A stretch of DNA of 64,000 bases, from assembly GCA_965206595.1 (NCBI GenBank), contig OZ242214.1, positions 832,001 to 896,000 of the forward strand. Direction: 5' to 3'. The position numbers were made by a program, and so were the translations under genes. The DNA is from Candidatus Latescibacterota bacterium (GTDB lineage: Bacteria; Latescibacterota; UBA2968; UBA8231). Positions 1 through 9,560 of the stretch are shown here, one piece after another; position 1 is the stretch's first letter, and every line of letters starts with the position of its first letter. The notes beneath the pieces are model-generated. The model searched no databases. It saw only the letters and a program-made list of their open reading frames with translations, and was not told the DNA's origin.

Positions 1-316
1 GCAGCGGCTCCACCAGGGAGGTGTGCACCGCGAGGACGGGATCGAACAGGTGGGCGAGGCGAATGCGGCGCGCCTCGGATACGAGACGGTACGCGGAGCC
101 GTCGCCGTCGAAGCTCCAGGGGCGTCCCTGCTCGACGACTTCGAGGCGGGCTTCGTCGTGGCGGTAGAGGATCTCCTCGGCGATCCCGCCCGAGGGCGGG
201 CGGTAGATCAGCGTCAGCGCCTCGGAGCCGTGCCACTGCACGCTTACGACCTCGACCGTGCCGTTCGGGAGAATGCCGCGCACGGCAGCGTTGGGCTGGA
301 GTTCTTCGAGCTTCAA
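1..316 (-). CDS. SNF2-family helicase (DUF3883/NOV_C-associated type), 5' portion; gene runs off the left window edge
   Basis: Not in the ORF track. Manual translation from TTG at 316 with GGAG upstream: MKLEELQPNAAVRGILPNGTVEVVSVQWHGSEALTLIY...VEQGRPWSFDGDG..RLVSEARRIRLAHLFDPVLAVHTSLVEPL. This matches the recalled N-terminus that precedes the LPHQ/LLADDPGAGKT motifs of this helicase family. Confidence 0.8.
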   Translation of the reverse strand, partial: MKLEELQPNAAVRGILPNGTVEVVSVQWHGSEALTLIYRPPSGGIAEEILYRHDEARLEVVEQGRPWSFDGDGSAYRLVSEARRIRLAHLFDPVLAVHTSLVEPL

Positions 317-407
317 GGACCTGCTCTCCGATTGGGAACGGCCTACCCCAAAATGCGAGGCCAACGGTTTTCTTGGCCCTGCGTGATAGTAAATCAAGGA
401 GGCAGAA

Positions 408-560
408 ATGAAAACCACCAAGAAGGTGGGGAAACGGCTCCGCGCCAGGGCGGTTTCAGGAGCTGATCGCCGGCGGGCAGGATGTGAAGAGGGGCTGGTT
501 ACTTCGGGGCTGATCGCGGGTGAAAAGTCGGATCAGCTTGGGGCCGGGCGAGGCGGCTGA
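408..560 (+). CDS. possible small basic ORF (50 aa, MKTTKKVGKRLRARAV...)
   Basis: AAGGAGG Shine-Dalgarno 5 nt before the ATG at 408; no recognisable homology. Confidence 0.2.
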   Translation: MKTTKKVGKRLRARAVSGADRRRAGCEEGLVTSGLIAGEKSDQLGAGRGG

Positions 561-644
561 GAACAAGCTGAACAGCGACAACAGCTTGTAAGGGCAAAGC
601 CCGTATCATAGCCCACCCCATTGTGATAACAGTAGGGATAAAAC

Positions 645-694
645 AATCCCTGCAACCTGTATAATCTCAGTATAATCAACAGGTTGCAGGGATT
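645..694. repeat. perfect 16-bp inverted repeat immediately 3' of tmRNA (terminator and/or island-end palindrome)
   Basis: AATCCCTGCAACCTGT (645-660) and ACAGGTTGCAGGGATT (679-694) with an 18-nt AT-rich spacer, 3 nt from the tmRNA CCA end. Confidence 0.8.
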
Positions 695-697
695 ATT

Positions 698-1051
698 TGG
701 TGGAGGCGGCGGGAATCGAACCCGCGTCCGAAAGCAGTTCCTCCGAGACCACTACGTGCGTAGTCAGCGTTTGATTCTCGCCCCTTGCGGCTCCGGCTGA
801 CAGGATCCGCCGGGGGCCAGTTCACCAGATTTCACGAACGGCCCGTGAACGAAAGCGCGTCCGCTATCCTGCTTTTTTGTCGCAGGGGCCGGCGTCGCAG
901 GCTACACCGGCCCCCACGGGCAGCCTTTTCAGGCAGCCAAAGCGTACGAGTTATCGTCGGCGCTTGAAGTTGTTCCCGGGATTTACGAGGTGTCGGGGAC
1001 CTCGGCACGCTGTCTCGACCTCTCTGCCCCCGTCGAAGCCATGTCGCCCCC
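698..1051 (-). ncRNA. ssrA: tmRNA (transfer-messenger RNA); tag reading frame 961-929 encodes (A)ADDNSYALAA*
   Basis: 5' GGGGGCG pairs with 3' CGCCTCC-ACCA with a G3-U wobble (Ala identity). T-arm GCGGGTTCGATTCCCGC. Tag GCC GAC GAT AAC TCG TAC GCT TTG GCT GCC TGA ends in YALAA. Length 354 nt. Confidence 0.97.
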
Positions 1052-1101
1052 GGGTTTGAGAGACTCGTTGCGCACGCTGAACATCGCAGCGCGGTCTTCC
1101 C

Positions 1102-1129
1102 AATATACCGCTGCCGGCGCACACCGCAA
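1102..1129 (-). promoter_or_regulatory. putative sigma70 promoter of ssrA
   Basis: TTGCGG-16 nt-TATATT on the minus strand, about 50 nt upstream of the mature tmRNA 5' end. Confidence 0.45.
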
Positions 1130-1141
1130 AAAATTCCGCCT

Positions 1142-3304
1142 TCAGAACGCCTGCCCGATGGAGAAGTAGAGGCTGCGGTTGCGGATACGGTTGTCCGGGT
1201 CTCTGCTCCAGCCGACGTCGAAGCGAAAAGGAATGCCGCGCTCGTAGCGGAACCCGAGGCCGTACCCGTCCACCATGCGCGTCCACCGGGCGTCGGGGGC
1301 GTGGCGCCAGACCCCTGCCCGGTCCCAGAAGACGACGAACCCGAACTCGCCGGCGTTGATGCGCAGTTCGCTGCGCACGTTGGCGCCGGCGCGCCCGCCC
1401 CCTGTCGGCTGGATGCGTTCGCGGCCGACCCCGCGGACGCTGCCTTCGCCGCCGAGCTTGATCCAGTAATTTTTCGGGAGGTCGCGGTTCTTTCTGAGAG
1501 AGGCGGTCAGAAGCCCGCGGAATTGCTGCGCCCATACGAAATTGGGGTGGAGACGCAGGTAATAGCGCCACACCACCTCCCCATCGAGGACGCGCGTCGG
1601 CTTCCTGCCCAACTCGACCGCGTACAGGCCCCTGGTGTGGAGCAGCGTCCCGCTCGAGGGGGAGATCGGGTTGTCCCGGGAATCGCGGTTGAAGGTGAAT
1701 TCCAGGTTGAGGGTGTTGGCCTCGTCGGTCAGCAGGCGGTGCCAGGTGCTGTCGATGGGGACTGAGCCGCAGGCGTAGTCGAGGTCACCTAGGGCGCACT
1801 CTCCCCCGGAATCGCCTTCGTCGCCGGAAGCATCTTCGTCCCCGAATGGGTTGTCGTCGCCAAAGAACTCGTCGTCACCAGAAAGATCGTCCTCGCCTGC
1901 ATCGGTTGAGCCAGGTCCGGAAACGCCGGAACCGCTGGGATCGTTGTTTCCGGGTGAGTAGTCGATATTGCCGTCCGGCACGGGCTGATTCCGCGACTGC
2001 GTCCAGTTCAGCTCGGTGCGGGCGAGATATCGCGCCGCATCGGCCGGCTCCCACTGTTTCGCCAGGGTGCTTTTGAACTGCAGGAGCCGCTCGATCGACC
2101 GGTAGTCGTACTCCGAGGCCCCGATGTATTGTGCCACGTCCGTGGGGCCGACCAACAGCAGCAGTCCGTTGAGGATCGAATCGTTGGAGGTCAGCAGCGC
2201 GAACTGCGTCGAGTCATCGGGATCGGCGTACACCTTGGTTCTACCCCACTCGTCGGTGAGACTGGCCGTCACCGTCAGATCGGCTCCAGACTCGAAGACG
2301 TCGCGCTCGGTGATATCGAACTTGGCGCCCTGTTCCGGACGCCCGAGGCTTCCCGCCAGACCTAGGCGGGTCCCCCTCCCGAGCCAGTTGGCGTGCTCGA
2401 GCCGGGTCTCCGCCCCAGGCTCGGTGTTGTTGAAGAATGCGAGGGCCTCGAGGTGGATGAACTTGCGCTCCTGCAGCGAGATCTCGATCGGCTGCAGGCT
2501 GTCGCCGGGAGCGACCGCCGGGGTCGACAGGGTCACCGAGCGGAACAGGTCGGTCCGCGACAGGTTGTTGCGCGAGAGGCGAAGCTGATGGGGATCGAAC
2601 AGCTGGCCCTTGCGGAAGGTCAGCTGGCCGCGCACGAGCCGGGAGCGGGTGTGCAGCGGTTTTCCCCCGGTGCGCTCGCGAATGCTGATTTCGCCGAAGT
2701 ACATGCGCCTGCCCGGGGCCACGTCGTAGGTGACGCGGGCGAGCTTGCCTTGCGCGTCGAGCTCGGTGCGGTTGCGCACCTCGGCATGGGCGTATCCCCT
2801 GTTGTTCAGCAGCGCCAGCAGGGCGCGCTCGTCCTCGATGACGGTTTTGTACTCGAAGAACCCTCCCGCACGCGAGCGCAGCGTGCGGACGAGGTCCTCT
2901 TCCAGCGCCCCGTGCGTCTCCTCCATCGACACCCCCACCTCCTCGAGCTTCCAGCGCCTGCCGCTTTCGATCCACAGCCGGATGTGCAGGCGGTCCTTCT
3001 CGTCGAGGAGGTATTCCTTGCGGGCGATGTCGACATCGAGGTACCCGATCCCGCGGTACAGATTCTCCAGTTCGGCGAGATCGTCGCGGAAATAGCGACG
3101 CCGGAACGGCTCCCCTGCACGCGTCCTCATGGCCGTGCGCAAGTATGGATTGCCGAACGGTTTGCCCTGCGGGTGCACGAAGCGGATCCGCTTCACCTCG
3201 ACATTCTGGCCGTCGAGGTCGCGCAGATCGACCTCCCGCCTGGCGGCGTCGGCCGGAAGAGACCCGATCAGGGCAAGGGCGACAGCGAGGAGGCGGAGCG
3301 GCAT
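1142..3304 (-). CDS. tamA: Omp85 family outer-membrane protein (TamA/BamA-like, POTRA domains plus beta-barrel)
   Basis: Start re-assigned to MPLRLLAVALALIGS (signal peptide), overlapping the tamB stop. POTRA-like repeats (LENLYRGIGYLDV; LLNNRGYAHAEV; LSRTDLFRSV), LGGEGSVRG lid motif, C-terminal YFSIGQAF. Confidence 0.85.
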   Translation of the reverse strand: MPLRLLAVALALIGSLPADAARREVDLRDLDGQNVEVKRIRFVHPQGKPFGNPYLRTAMRTRAGEPFRRRYFRDDLAELENLYRGIGYLDVDIARKEYLLDEKDRLHIRLWIESGRRWKLEEVGVSMEETHGALEEDLVRTLRSRAGGFFEYKTVIEDERALLALLNNRGYAHAEVRNRTELDAQGKLARVTYDVAPGRRMYFGEISIRERTGGKPLHTRSRLVRGQLTFRKGQLFDPHQLRLSRNNLSRTDLFRSVTLSTPAVAPGDSLQPIEISLQERKFIHLEALAFFNNTEPGAETRLEHANWLGRGTRLGLAGSLGRPEQGAKFDITERDVFESGADLTVTASLTDEWGRTKVYADPDDSTQFALLTSNDSILNGLLLLVGPTDVAQYIGASEYDYRSIERLLQFKSTLAKQWEPADAARYLARTELNWTQSRNQPVPDGNIDYSPGNNDPSGSGVSGPGSTDAGEDDLSGDDEFFGDDNPFGDEDASGDEGDSGGECALGDLDYACGSVPIDSTWHRLLTDEANTLNLEFTFNRDSRDNPISPSSGTLLHTRGLYAVELGRKPTRVLDGEVVWRYYLRLHPNFVWAQQFRGLLTASLRKNRDLPKNYWIKLGGEGSVRGVGRERIQPTGGGRAGANVRSELRINAGEFGFVVFWDRAGVWRHAPDARWTRMVDGYGLGFRYERGIPFRFDVGWSRDPDNRIRNRSLYFSIGQAF

Positions 3305-6300
3305 CAGAACTGCTTCTTCAACCCGAGACCGACGCCGTAGAGCTCGTACTCGGAGTGGGCCTTGGCCCGCAGGGTCATGAATCCCGCCAGCTGGTACTCG
3401 AGCTGCGCCTCGCCTATGGAGGGGTCGTGCGTGATCGCCTCGTAGCGCACCCAAAGGGGCAGGGGCCACTTGAAGTGCTTGCCGATGCGCAGGGCCGGCT
3501 CCCCGGAGGTTCCCAGCACCGTTCCGGAAGGCAGCAGCTGGAATTCGTCGAGGCCGATCCGCTGCAGCTGGCCTCCGAGCAGCAGCTGGCCGACCGCGGT
3601 TCCGGCAGCGCGGAAGACGTCGCGTTCGGCGACCCCTTCCGTCTCCGAGGTGCCGAAGGCGAGCAGAAAGATCACCTGGCTGTCTTCGAGGTCGCCTGAG
3701 TTGAAGACGGGGTTGGCGCGCAAGGTCGACCCCTGCAGCGACATGGTCACCGTGCGCTCCTCGTTGTCGGCCATGTCGAGGACCTGGGCTTCCGCCTCGA
3801 GGTCGAGCTCCGGGTCGAGCAGTAGCGGGTCGTAGGCGAGGTCGAGGATGGAGTAGGTCGGCACCAGGCGATCGAGGATGATGCGCCCCCTCTTGAAGAC
3901 GAACTCGTTGTTCAGGGCGATTATCGTTCCCTCTTTTTGCACGAACATCTCACCCTGAATGCGGGGCTTGTAGAAAGTTCCGTACACGCGCCCCGAGCCC
4001 TCGAGAAGGAGATCGGTGAGCTCGTTGCGCACCGCCATTTCCCGCACGTCCACCTGCAGGTCGAGGTGGACGGTTTCGAGGAAGGGGTCCTGCAGGGCGG
4101 ACGGCGGAGGCGGCAGGGGAGGCCCCGTCAGGTCGACGAGGGGTGGCTCGGCGATGCCCTGGTCGAGTCGCAGCTCTCCTTCGAACAACGATCCGTTTTC
4201 CAGGCTGCGGAACCGCAGCCGGCCTTTGGCCGCCGGCACCGAGAAGACATCGTCGTACTCGTACGGCAGGCTGTCGAGCACCAGGACGAGGTCGTAGTCG
4301 AGCCCGGCCGCGGAAATCTCTAGGTGGCCGCTCAGCTTGCCCTCTCCCTCGCCACTGGACGGGTAGCCGGCGAAATCGGTGAGCACGCCGCGCTCGCCGG
4401 TGAACTCGATCCGTCCCCGGGGAAAGACGTAGCCCGGATCGACGTCGATGAACCGGAAGGCGACCTCCTCGACCTCCACTCCCCCGTGCACCTGCGGATC
4501 GGAGCCGAGGCGGGTCGCCTCCAAGTCGAAGCGGACGAGCCCGTCCAGGGACTCGAGGTCCGGCACCTGGTCGACGAAGATGAAAAGGTTGACGCCCTCG
4601 GTCCGCGCCGACAGCTCGGCTCTTTCCCAGGACGCTTCCCAGGTAAGCGGATGCACCGGAACGCTGCCGACTACGGCCACCTCGTCCGCCAGCGGCGTCG
4701 ACCAGAGCGCCTGAACTGTGGCGAGGCCGCCGGCAACCTCGACATCCGCGGTCAGGTCGCCGAACTCCTCGGTCGCGGCCTCGGCGGCGCAGGAGAGTGA
4801 GCGTTCGCCCGCAGAATCAGTCAGCGCCGCGGTGAGATCGACGGTGCCCGCGGGCAGGGCGGACTCCCCGACACCGAAGGCAGTCGCGCTCCTCAGGTCT
4901 ACACCGTCGAGCTCGAGGGTGATCCTGTGCCTTCCGCTGCCCGACTGCAGCCCTGCCGAGACCGCCCCCGCGGGATGGTCGTAGCGGCCGCTCTCCTCGT
5001 CGAGGCGGGCAAGCGCCAGGGTCATGCTCTGAAGCTCCTCGCCGCCGAACCGGAACTCCACTTCTTCGTCTGGTGCCTGCAGGTGCAGCGTACCCCGCCC
5101 GATTTCCAGGTGGCTCAGGCGGGCGCTTCCCGACAGGCTGGTCCATGGGATTCCGGAGGTCAGGCCGTCCGCGGGAAAGGAGAGGGCGCCGCTCAACCCC
5201 AGCGAGCCGCCGACGCTGTCGTCGAGGGCGTAGCTGAGAAATGGTCCCAGGTCGAGACTGCCGGCCCGGACCCCGAGATGAGCGCGCCCGGGGCCTGCGT
5301 CAGCCTCCCCCAACAAGACCGCTGCCGGCATGGCTAGGCGGACTGCGAGGCTGCCGGCCTTCGTTTGGCCGCTGACGGCTGGCTGCGTCAGCTCGACAGT
5401 GGCGACGGTGCTGTCGCGGTGCGATACCACGGCCCGCAGCCTGCCGAGCGGGCGCTGTTGCAAGCGGACATCGGACAGCTCCAGTTCGCCGTCCAATTCG
5501 GGGCTCTCCGCGGTACCCCGCAGCTGCAGCTCCAGAGCGCCGCGGGCGGTAAGGGCGCCGTCGGCAAGGGTCAGGAGGACGGAATCGATCGCCGCCCGGG
5601 CCGACAGCGAGTCGGAGATGCGGGCGGAGCCGGTCAGGGTGCCGGCAGGCGTAGCCAGAGAAACAGGGGCGAGCTCGGTAACTCCGCTGCGGTGGGTGGC
5701 GCGAACCGGCTCCCGGGTCTGAAAAAGCTGGTCGTGGAGCGACAGCTCGACCTGCTCGAGCTGCAGCTCCGCGGAGAGCAGCTCCGGCCGCCCTCTCTCG
5801 CCGCTGGCGGACAGGTCCCCGGAAAGCAGGAGGTAATCCACCCGGTCCGAGGTGAGGTCGCGGCGGCTCGCGGTAGCGCTGTCGAGCCGGGCGGTCGCGG
5901 AAAAACGGCCGGTCCCCTCAAGGCGGGCTTCGGCGTCCAGACCCTGGCCGCGCAACAGCACGCGGGTGGTCCCGTCGTCGAGGGACAGGCTGGCGTCGAT
6001 ATCCCCGGCGCTCCAGCCGCCGTATCCGACGTCCCGCAGGGCGATGGTCGCGGCCAGACGCGCCGCCTCCCAGGCGAACGACCCCGCCTCCAGCTCGGCG
6101 GTGACCGAGCCGGACAGGTCCGGAAGCAGCCGGTTGAGCTGAGTTGGCTGGATGGCCGCGTGCAGGGTGTCGACGGAACCGCTCTGCAGGTCGGTTTCGA
6201 CACCGGCGCGCATGCCGCCTCCGTCGAAAGAGAGGGTCAGCTCAGTATGCCGCCAGTCCGCAATCGAGGCGCTCAGGGACAGCGGGCCGAAGTCCGGGCC

Positions 6301-7689
6301 GAGTCCGGGCAGCTCCTCTACGGTCAGGTCCGCGGCGAGCTTCCCGGGGGAAAGATGCCCGGTGACCGAGGCCGGCATGGAGGCGCCTATCAGGGGGCCG
6401 GGGTCGAGCCTTCCCAGCAGATCGATGTCGTACCGGTCCGCGGCGGCGACCGTTCCTTTCGCAGCGAGGGAGCCGAGCGTCGATTGAAGCGCCGCGGTTA
6501 GTCCGGGGCCGTCGAGGTTCGCCTCGAGGGTGAAATCGAGGTGTGTTGCCGCCAGCGGCAACCCGGAGAGCCGGGCGTCGAGGCGGGCGTCCAGCTCTCC
6601 CCACGCGGGGCGCCCGCCGGCCTCCAGGGTGGCGGAAAGCAGGCCCCCGGCCCCTCCCCCGGTCAGCGGGGCGATGGCGAGATCGGTGATCTCCAGGCTG
6701 GCCTGCAGGCTGTCCCTGGCGCCGTGGGTGTACTCTCCGCCGAGGCGCACCCTGCCCTCGCCCCCCGCTCCCGCGACGAGGAGGGAGTCGAGGAAGAGCC
6801 TTTCTTGGGTCAGGAGTGCCGCGGCTGTCGCCGTATAGCTGCCGAAGACGGAATCACTCAACGCCGCGGCGGCCGCAACCTTGAGGTCGAGCCCCGCCAG
6901 GGATCCGGACAGGATGATCTCTCCCTCACCGCGAAGGTTTGGAGAGTGTGCCTCGAAGCCGGTTTCCAGATGGAAGGGAAGGGATCCGGTCAGTCCGAGA
7001 GTCCCGGTTCCGGCCGCGGTGAGCCCGGCGTTCCCGGCGGTTGCGCGGGCGGACAGGCTGTCCGCTACAAGGCGGTCCGCCTCGACGGTAAGCAGGGCCG
7101 CGAGCGCCCCGGATACGTTTGTTTCCCCTTGGATAAGCTGGATTTCCGGGGCAGTGAGCCGCAGCCGCCTGCCGGAGGCGGGGGACCGCGGGGAGTCGAC
7201 AGTCGTTCCGAAACGGAGATCGATCCCTTTCGCCAGCACCCGCAGACTGTCGTCGCGGAGCACCAGCTCGGCGGCGGAAACCGTTACGGAAGGGATGTCG
7301 TCGAGCGGCAGGGAGTACTGCGGGGGTTTCGCCGCCACGACGGGAGGCGGTGCCGGGTCCGGTTCCGAAGTCGAAACGGAGTCCGGCTGCGACAGGTCGA
7401 TCTCGATTCGCGGCGCATCGACGACGATTTCCCGATCCCAGACCGAGCCGGCCAGCGACCTGGCGGAAATCGCCGGCGACCCCGACCGTTCGGCAGCGTG
7501 AACCTCTTCAAAGCGGGGTTTCCCTAGCAGCGAGCCTCCGGTGGAACCGATCTCCACCTTCCATCCATGCCTTGGGGCCGCCTGCTCGATGACCCGGGCC
7601 AGGAGGTAGACCCCGGCAGGAGTCAGCAGGAAGAGGAGGAGGAGGGCGGCCAGCGCACCCGCCCCGGCGTAGACGACGGTTCGCCGCAT
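3304..7689 (-). CDS. tamB: translocation/assembly module TamB family (AsmA-like) protein
   Basis: 1461 aa, N-terminal membrane anchor, Gly/Leu-rich beta-taco pattern, C-terminal TamB-like domain (DPELDLEA..., LRIGKHF..LWVRYE), adjacent to the Omp85 gene. Confidence 0.85.
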   Translation of the reverse strand: MRRTVVYAGAGALAALLLLFLLTPAGVYLLARVIEQAAPRHGWKVEIGSTGGSLLGKPRFEEVHAAERSGSPAISARSLAGSVWDREIVVDAPRIEIDLSQPDSVSTSEPDPAPPPVVAAKPPQYSLPLDDIPSVTVSAAELVLRDDSLRVLAKGIDLRFGTTVDSPRSPASGRRLRLTAPEIQLIQGETNVSGALAALLTVEADRLVADSLSARATAGNAGLTAAGTGTLGLTGSLPFHLETGFEAHSPNLRGEGEIILSGSLAGLDLKVAAAAALSDSVFGSYTATAAALLTQERLFLDSLLVAGAGGEGRVRLGGEYTHGARDSLQASLEITDLAIAPLTGGGAGGLLSATLEAGGRPAWGELDARLDARLSGLPLAATHLDFTLEANLDGPGLTAALQSTLGSLAAKGTVAAADRYDIDLLGRLDPGPLIGASMPASVTGHLSPGKLAADLTVEELPGLGPDFGPLSLSASIADWRHTELTLSFDGGGMRAGVETDLQSGSVDTLHAAIQPTQLNRLLPDLSGSVTAELEAGSFAWEAARLAATIALRDVGYGGWSAGDIDASLSLDDGTTRVLLRGQGLDAEARLEGTGRFSATARLDSATASRRDLTSDRVDYLLLSGDLSASGERGRPELLSAELQLEQVELSLHDQLFQTREPVRATHRSGVTELAPVSLATPAGTLTGSARISDSLSARAAIDSVLLTLADGALTARGALELQLRGTAESPELDGELELSDVRLQQRPLGRLRAVVSHRDSTVATVELTQPAVSGQTKAGSLAVRLAMPAAVLLGEADAGPGRAHLGVRAGSLDLGPFLSYALDDSVGGSLGLSGALSFPADGLTSGIPWTSLSGSARLSHLEIGRGTLHLQAPDEEVEFRFGGEELQSMTLALARLDEESGRYDHPAGAVSAGLQSGSGRHRITLELDGVDLRSATAFGVGESALPAGTVDLTAALTDSAGERSLSCAAEAATEEFGDLTADVEVAGGLATVQALWSTPLADEVAVVGSVPVHPLTWEASWERAELSARTEGVNLFIFVDQVPDLESLDGLVRFDLEATRLGSDPQVHGGVEVEEVAFRFIDVDPGYVFPRGRIEFTGERGVLTDFAGYPSSGEGEGKLSGHLEISAAGLDYDLVLVLDSLPYEYDDVFSVPAAKGRLRFRSLENGSLFEGELRLDQGIAEPPLVDLTGPPLPPPPSALQDPFLETVHLDLQVDVREMAVRNELTDLLLEGSGRVYGTFYKPRIQGEMFVQKEGTIIALNNEFVFKRGRIILDRLVPTYSILDLAYDPLLLDPELDLEAEAQVLDMADNEERTVTMSLQGSTLRANPVFNSGDLEDSQVIFLLAFGTSETEGVAERDVFRAAGTAVGQLLLGGQLQRIGLDEFQLLPSGTVLGTSGEPALRIGKHFKWPLPLWVRYEAITHDPSIGEAQLEYQLAGFMTLRAKAHSEYELYGVGLGLKKQF

Positions 7690-7754
7690 CGATCAGGCGC
7701 CTGGATGCCCGCGGCCTGGCTGCCGGACTCGGGAAAAGGCTCGCCCGGCGGCCA

Positions 7755-8618
7755 TCACCGGGTCGTGCGGGTCAGTCCACCGGAGACGTCGAACAGCGAA
7801 TCGGGAAGGGCCGAGCTGGAAAGGGACTTCACCGTTCGCAAGAGCTCGAACACCTGGTTCTCCTTCTTGGCACCCTGCCTGGTGAAGACTTTGAGGACGG
7901 ACTGCATGTGGAAGCCCTCGAGGGCGTCGAGCTCCTCCTGCAGGCTTTGGGAGTCGGTGATCGCTTCCGGGGCTCCCCCGATGCCGGAGCGAATCAGCGA
8001 TGGATAGGAGGTCTTGCGAGCCTGCAGTTCCTGAAACCGCTGGAGATCCCGGTATCCGGGGAAGTCGTCGGCCACCCAGGCCTGGTACAGGTAGCGATTC
8101 TGGCGCCGCACTTTCCTGGTTCCCGGATCGAGGTGCTGGACCTTCATCTCCGCGGCGACCCGGCGGCAGAGGATGCCGGCGACGCGTTTGGTTTCGTCGA
8201 GGGTGCGGGTGCGGAATTCCACTTCGCGGTCGGGGTCGCCAGCGGCCGCCTTGGCCGCAGGAGGGGTGCCCGGCCCGGCTTCATCTGAGGTGCCGGCCGG
8301 GGGAAGCGATTCCCGGGAGTAGTTTGCTCGGGTGTGGTCGAGTTGCAACAGGTTTGCCCGGTCGAGCTGAAGGATGGTGCTGCCGTCGGTCGTCACTCCC
8401 TGCCGGCGCAGCGCTTCCGCTCCGCTTTTCGAGGTCTCGATAAGCGAGTGCACCCGCTGCCGCTGTCCCTTGATGTACACGTGGTTGGTGGTCTTGCGGG
8501 CCCCCGTCTTCTTCGGGCCCACCCCCTTGTTGACGATCTCCTCGACGTAGGAGACGTCGGCAGCGGCCGGGGAGACGACCCAGCCGACGGCTGCAACAGC
8601 GATCCACACAAGCTTCAT
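7755..8618 (-). CDS. secreted hypothetical protein (DUF4412-like)
   Basis: Signal peptide MKLVWIAVAAVGW..AAAD. ETKRVAGILCRR and C-terminal LPDSLFDVSGG resemble DUF4412/GLPGLI-like proteins. Confidence 0.55.
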   Translation of the reverse strand: MKLVWIAVAAVGWVVSPAAADVSYVEEIVNKGVGPKKTGARKTTNHVYIKGQRQRVHSLIETSKSGAEALRRQGVTTDGSTILQLDRANLLQLDHTRANYSRESLPPAGTSDEAGPGTPPAAKAAAGDPDREVEFRTRTLDETKRVAGILCRRVAAEMKVQHLDPGTRKVRRQNRYLYQAWVADDFPGYRDLQRFQELQARKTSYPSLIRSGIGGAPEAITDSQSLQEELDALEGFHMQSVLKVFTRQGAKKENQVFELLRTVKSLSSSALPDSLFDVSGGLTRTTR

Positions 8619-8804
8619 ACAGTTTCCTTCTGCGCGAATAGATCCGGTCCCGGCGGAATGCCTGCGGTGTCTTCGGGCCGCGATCCGGGAGAGCCCGTTT
8701 TTTCGCTTGGGAGCGGGAACTCCAGGAGGCTCGCCGGTTGTCTTCCGGGCATTGGGCAGCACCGGTCGTACGTGGGTGTGCGTGTTCAGATCGGTTGCTG
8801 TCGG

Positions 8805-9497
8805 TCAGTCGCGGTCGCCCCGCAGAATCAGCAGCCGCACGAGGTGCATCAGCGAGGTGGCGGCGGCGGCGACGTAGGTCAGGGCCGCGGCGTTGAGGAC
8901 GCGCCTGGCCAGGACCCCTTCCTGGGGGGCCAGGTAGCGTCCGTCCACGAGCTGCGCCATGGCGCGCGAGCTTGCGTTGAATTCGACCGGGAGGGTGATG
9001 ACCTGAAAGGCGAGAACCGCGGCGAACAGGGCGATGCCCACGTCCATCAGGAAGGGGACGCTCTGGTTGAAGAAGAAGCCGATCATGAAGAGGGGGAAGG
9101 CCGCGGTCGATCCGATGTTGGCGATCGGCAGGAACGAGTGCCGGAGATTGAGCGGCAGGTAGCCACCGGCGTGCTGGATGGCGTGCCCCACCTCGTGGGC
9201 GGCAACGGCGAGTCCGGCGAGGTGGTGGCCCCGGAAGATGCCGCGCGACAGCCTGACCACCCTGTCGCGCGGATCGTAGTGGTCGTTCAGCACCCCGTCA
9301 ACCTCCTCGACGGCGACGTCGTAGATACCGTTCTCGCGCAGCAGGCGGCGCGCGGTCTCCGCGCCCGAGATCCCGGAGGCCGAGGCGACCTGGCTGAACT
9401 CGCCGTACGTGCGTCTGACCTTCCACTGCGCGTACAAAGCCAGCAGGATGCAGGGAATGAGCAGCACCATGGTGGAGTCGAAAAAGAAGAATGGCAT
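8805..9497 (-). CDS. membrane zinc metallopeptidase, YugP family (Zn_peptidase_2)
   Basis: LNDHYDP, AVAAHEVGHAIQHA (HExxH), ITLPVEFNASSRA and VLNAAALTYVAAA motifs; GAGGAGGA SD before the ATG at 9497. Confidence 0.92.
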   Translation of the reverse strand: MPFFFFDSTMVLLIPCILLALYAQWKVRRTYGEFSQVASASGISGAETARRLLRENGIYDVAVEEVDGVLNDHYDPRDRVVRLSRGIFRGHHLAGLAVAAHEVGHAIQHAGGYLPLNLRHSFLPIANIGSTAAFPLFMIGFFFNQSVPFLMDVGIALFAAVLAFQVITLPVEFNASSRAMAQLVDGRYLAPQEGVLARRVLNAAALTYVAAAATSLMHLVRLLILRGDRD

Positions 9498-9560
9498 GCC
9501 GACGTCCTCCTCCTCAAAGCGGTTCCAACGTTCAAATGTGAGCCAAAGACAGGACTTCAT

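Noticed and set aside
23-466. 147-aa plus-strand ORF in the track
   Set aside because: It is the antisense shadow of the minus-strand helicase gene, which has recognisable family motifs and an SD.
698-780. tRNA-like 3' end (T-arm plus CCA)
   Set aside because: It is the tRNA-like domain of tmRNA: no anticodon arm, and the matching 5' strand lies about 350 nt away with a tag ORF between.
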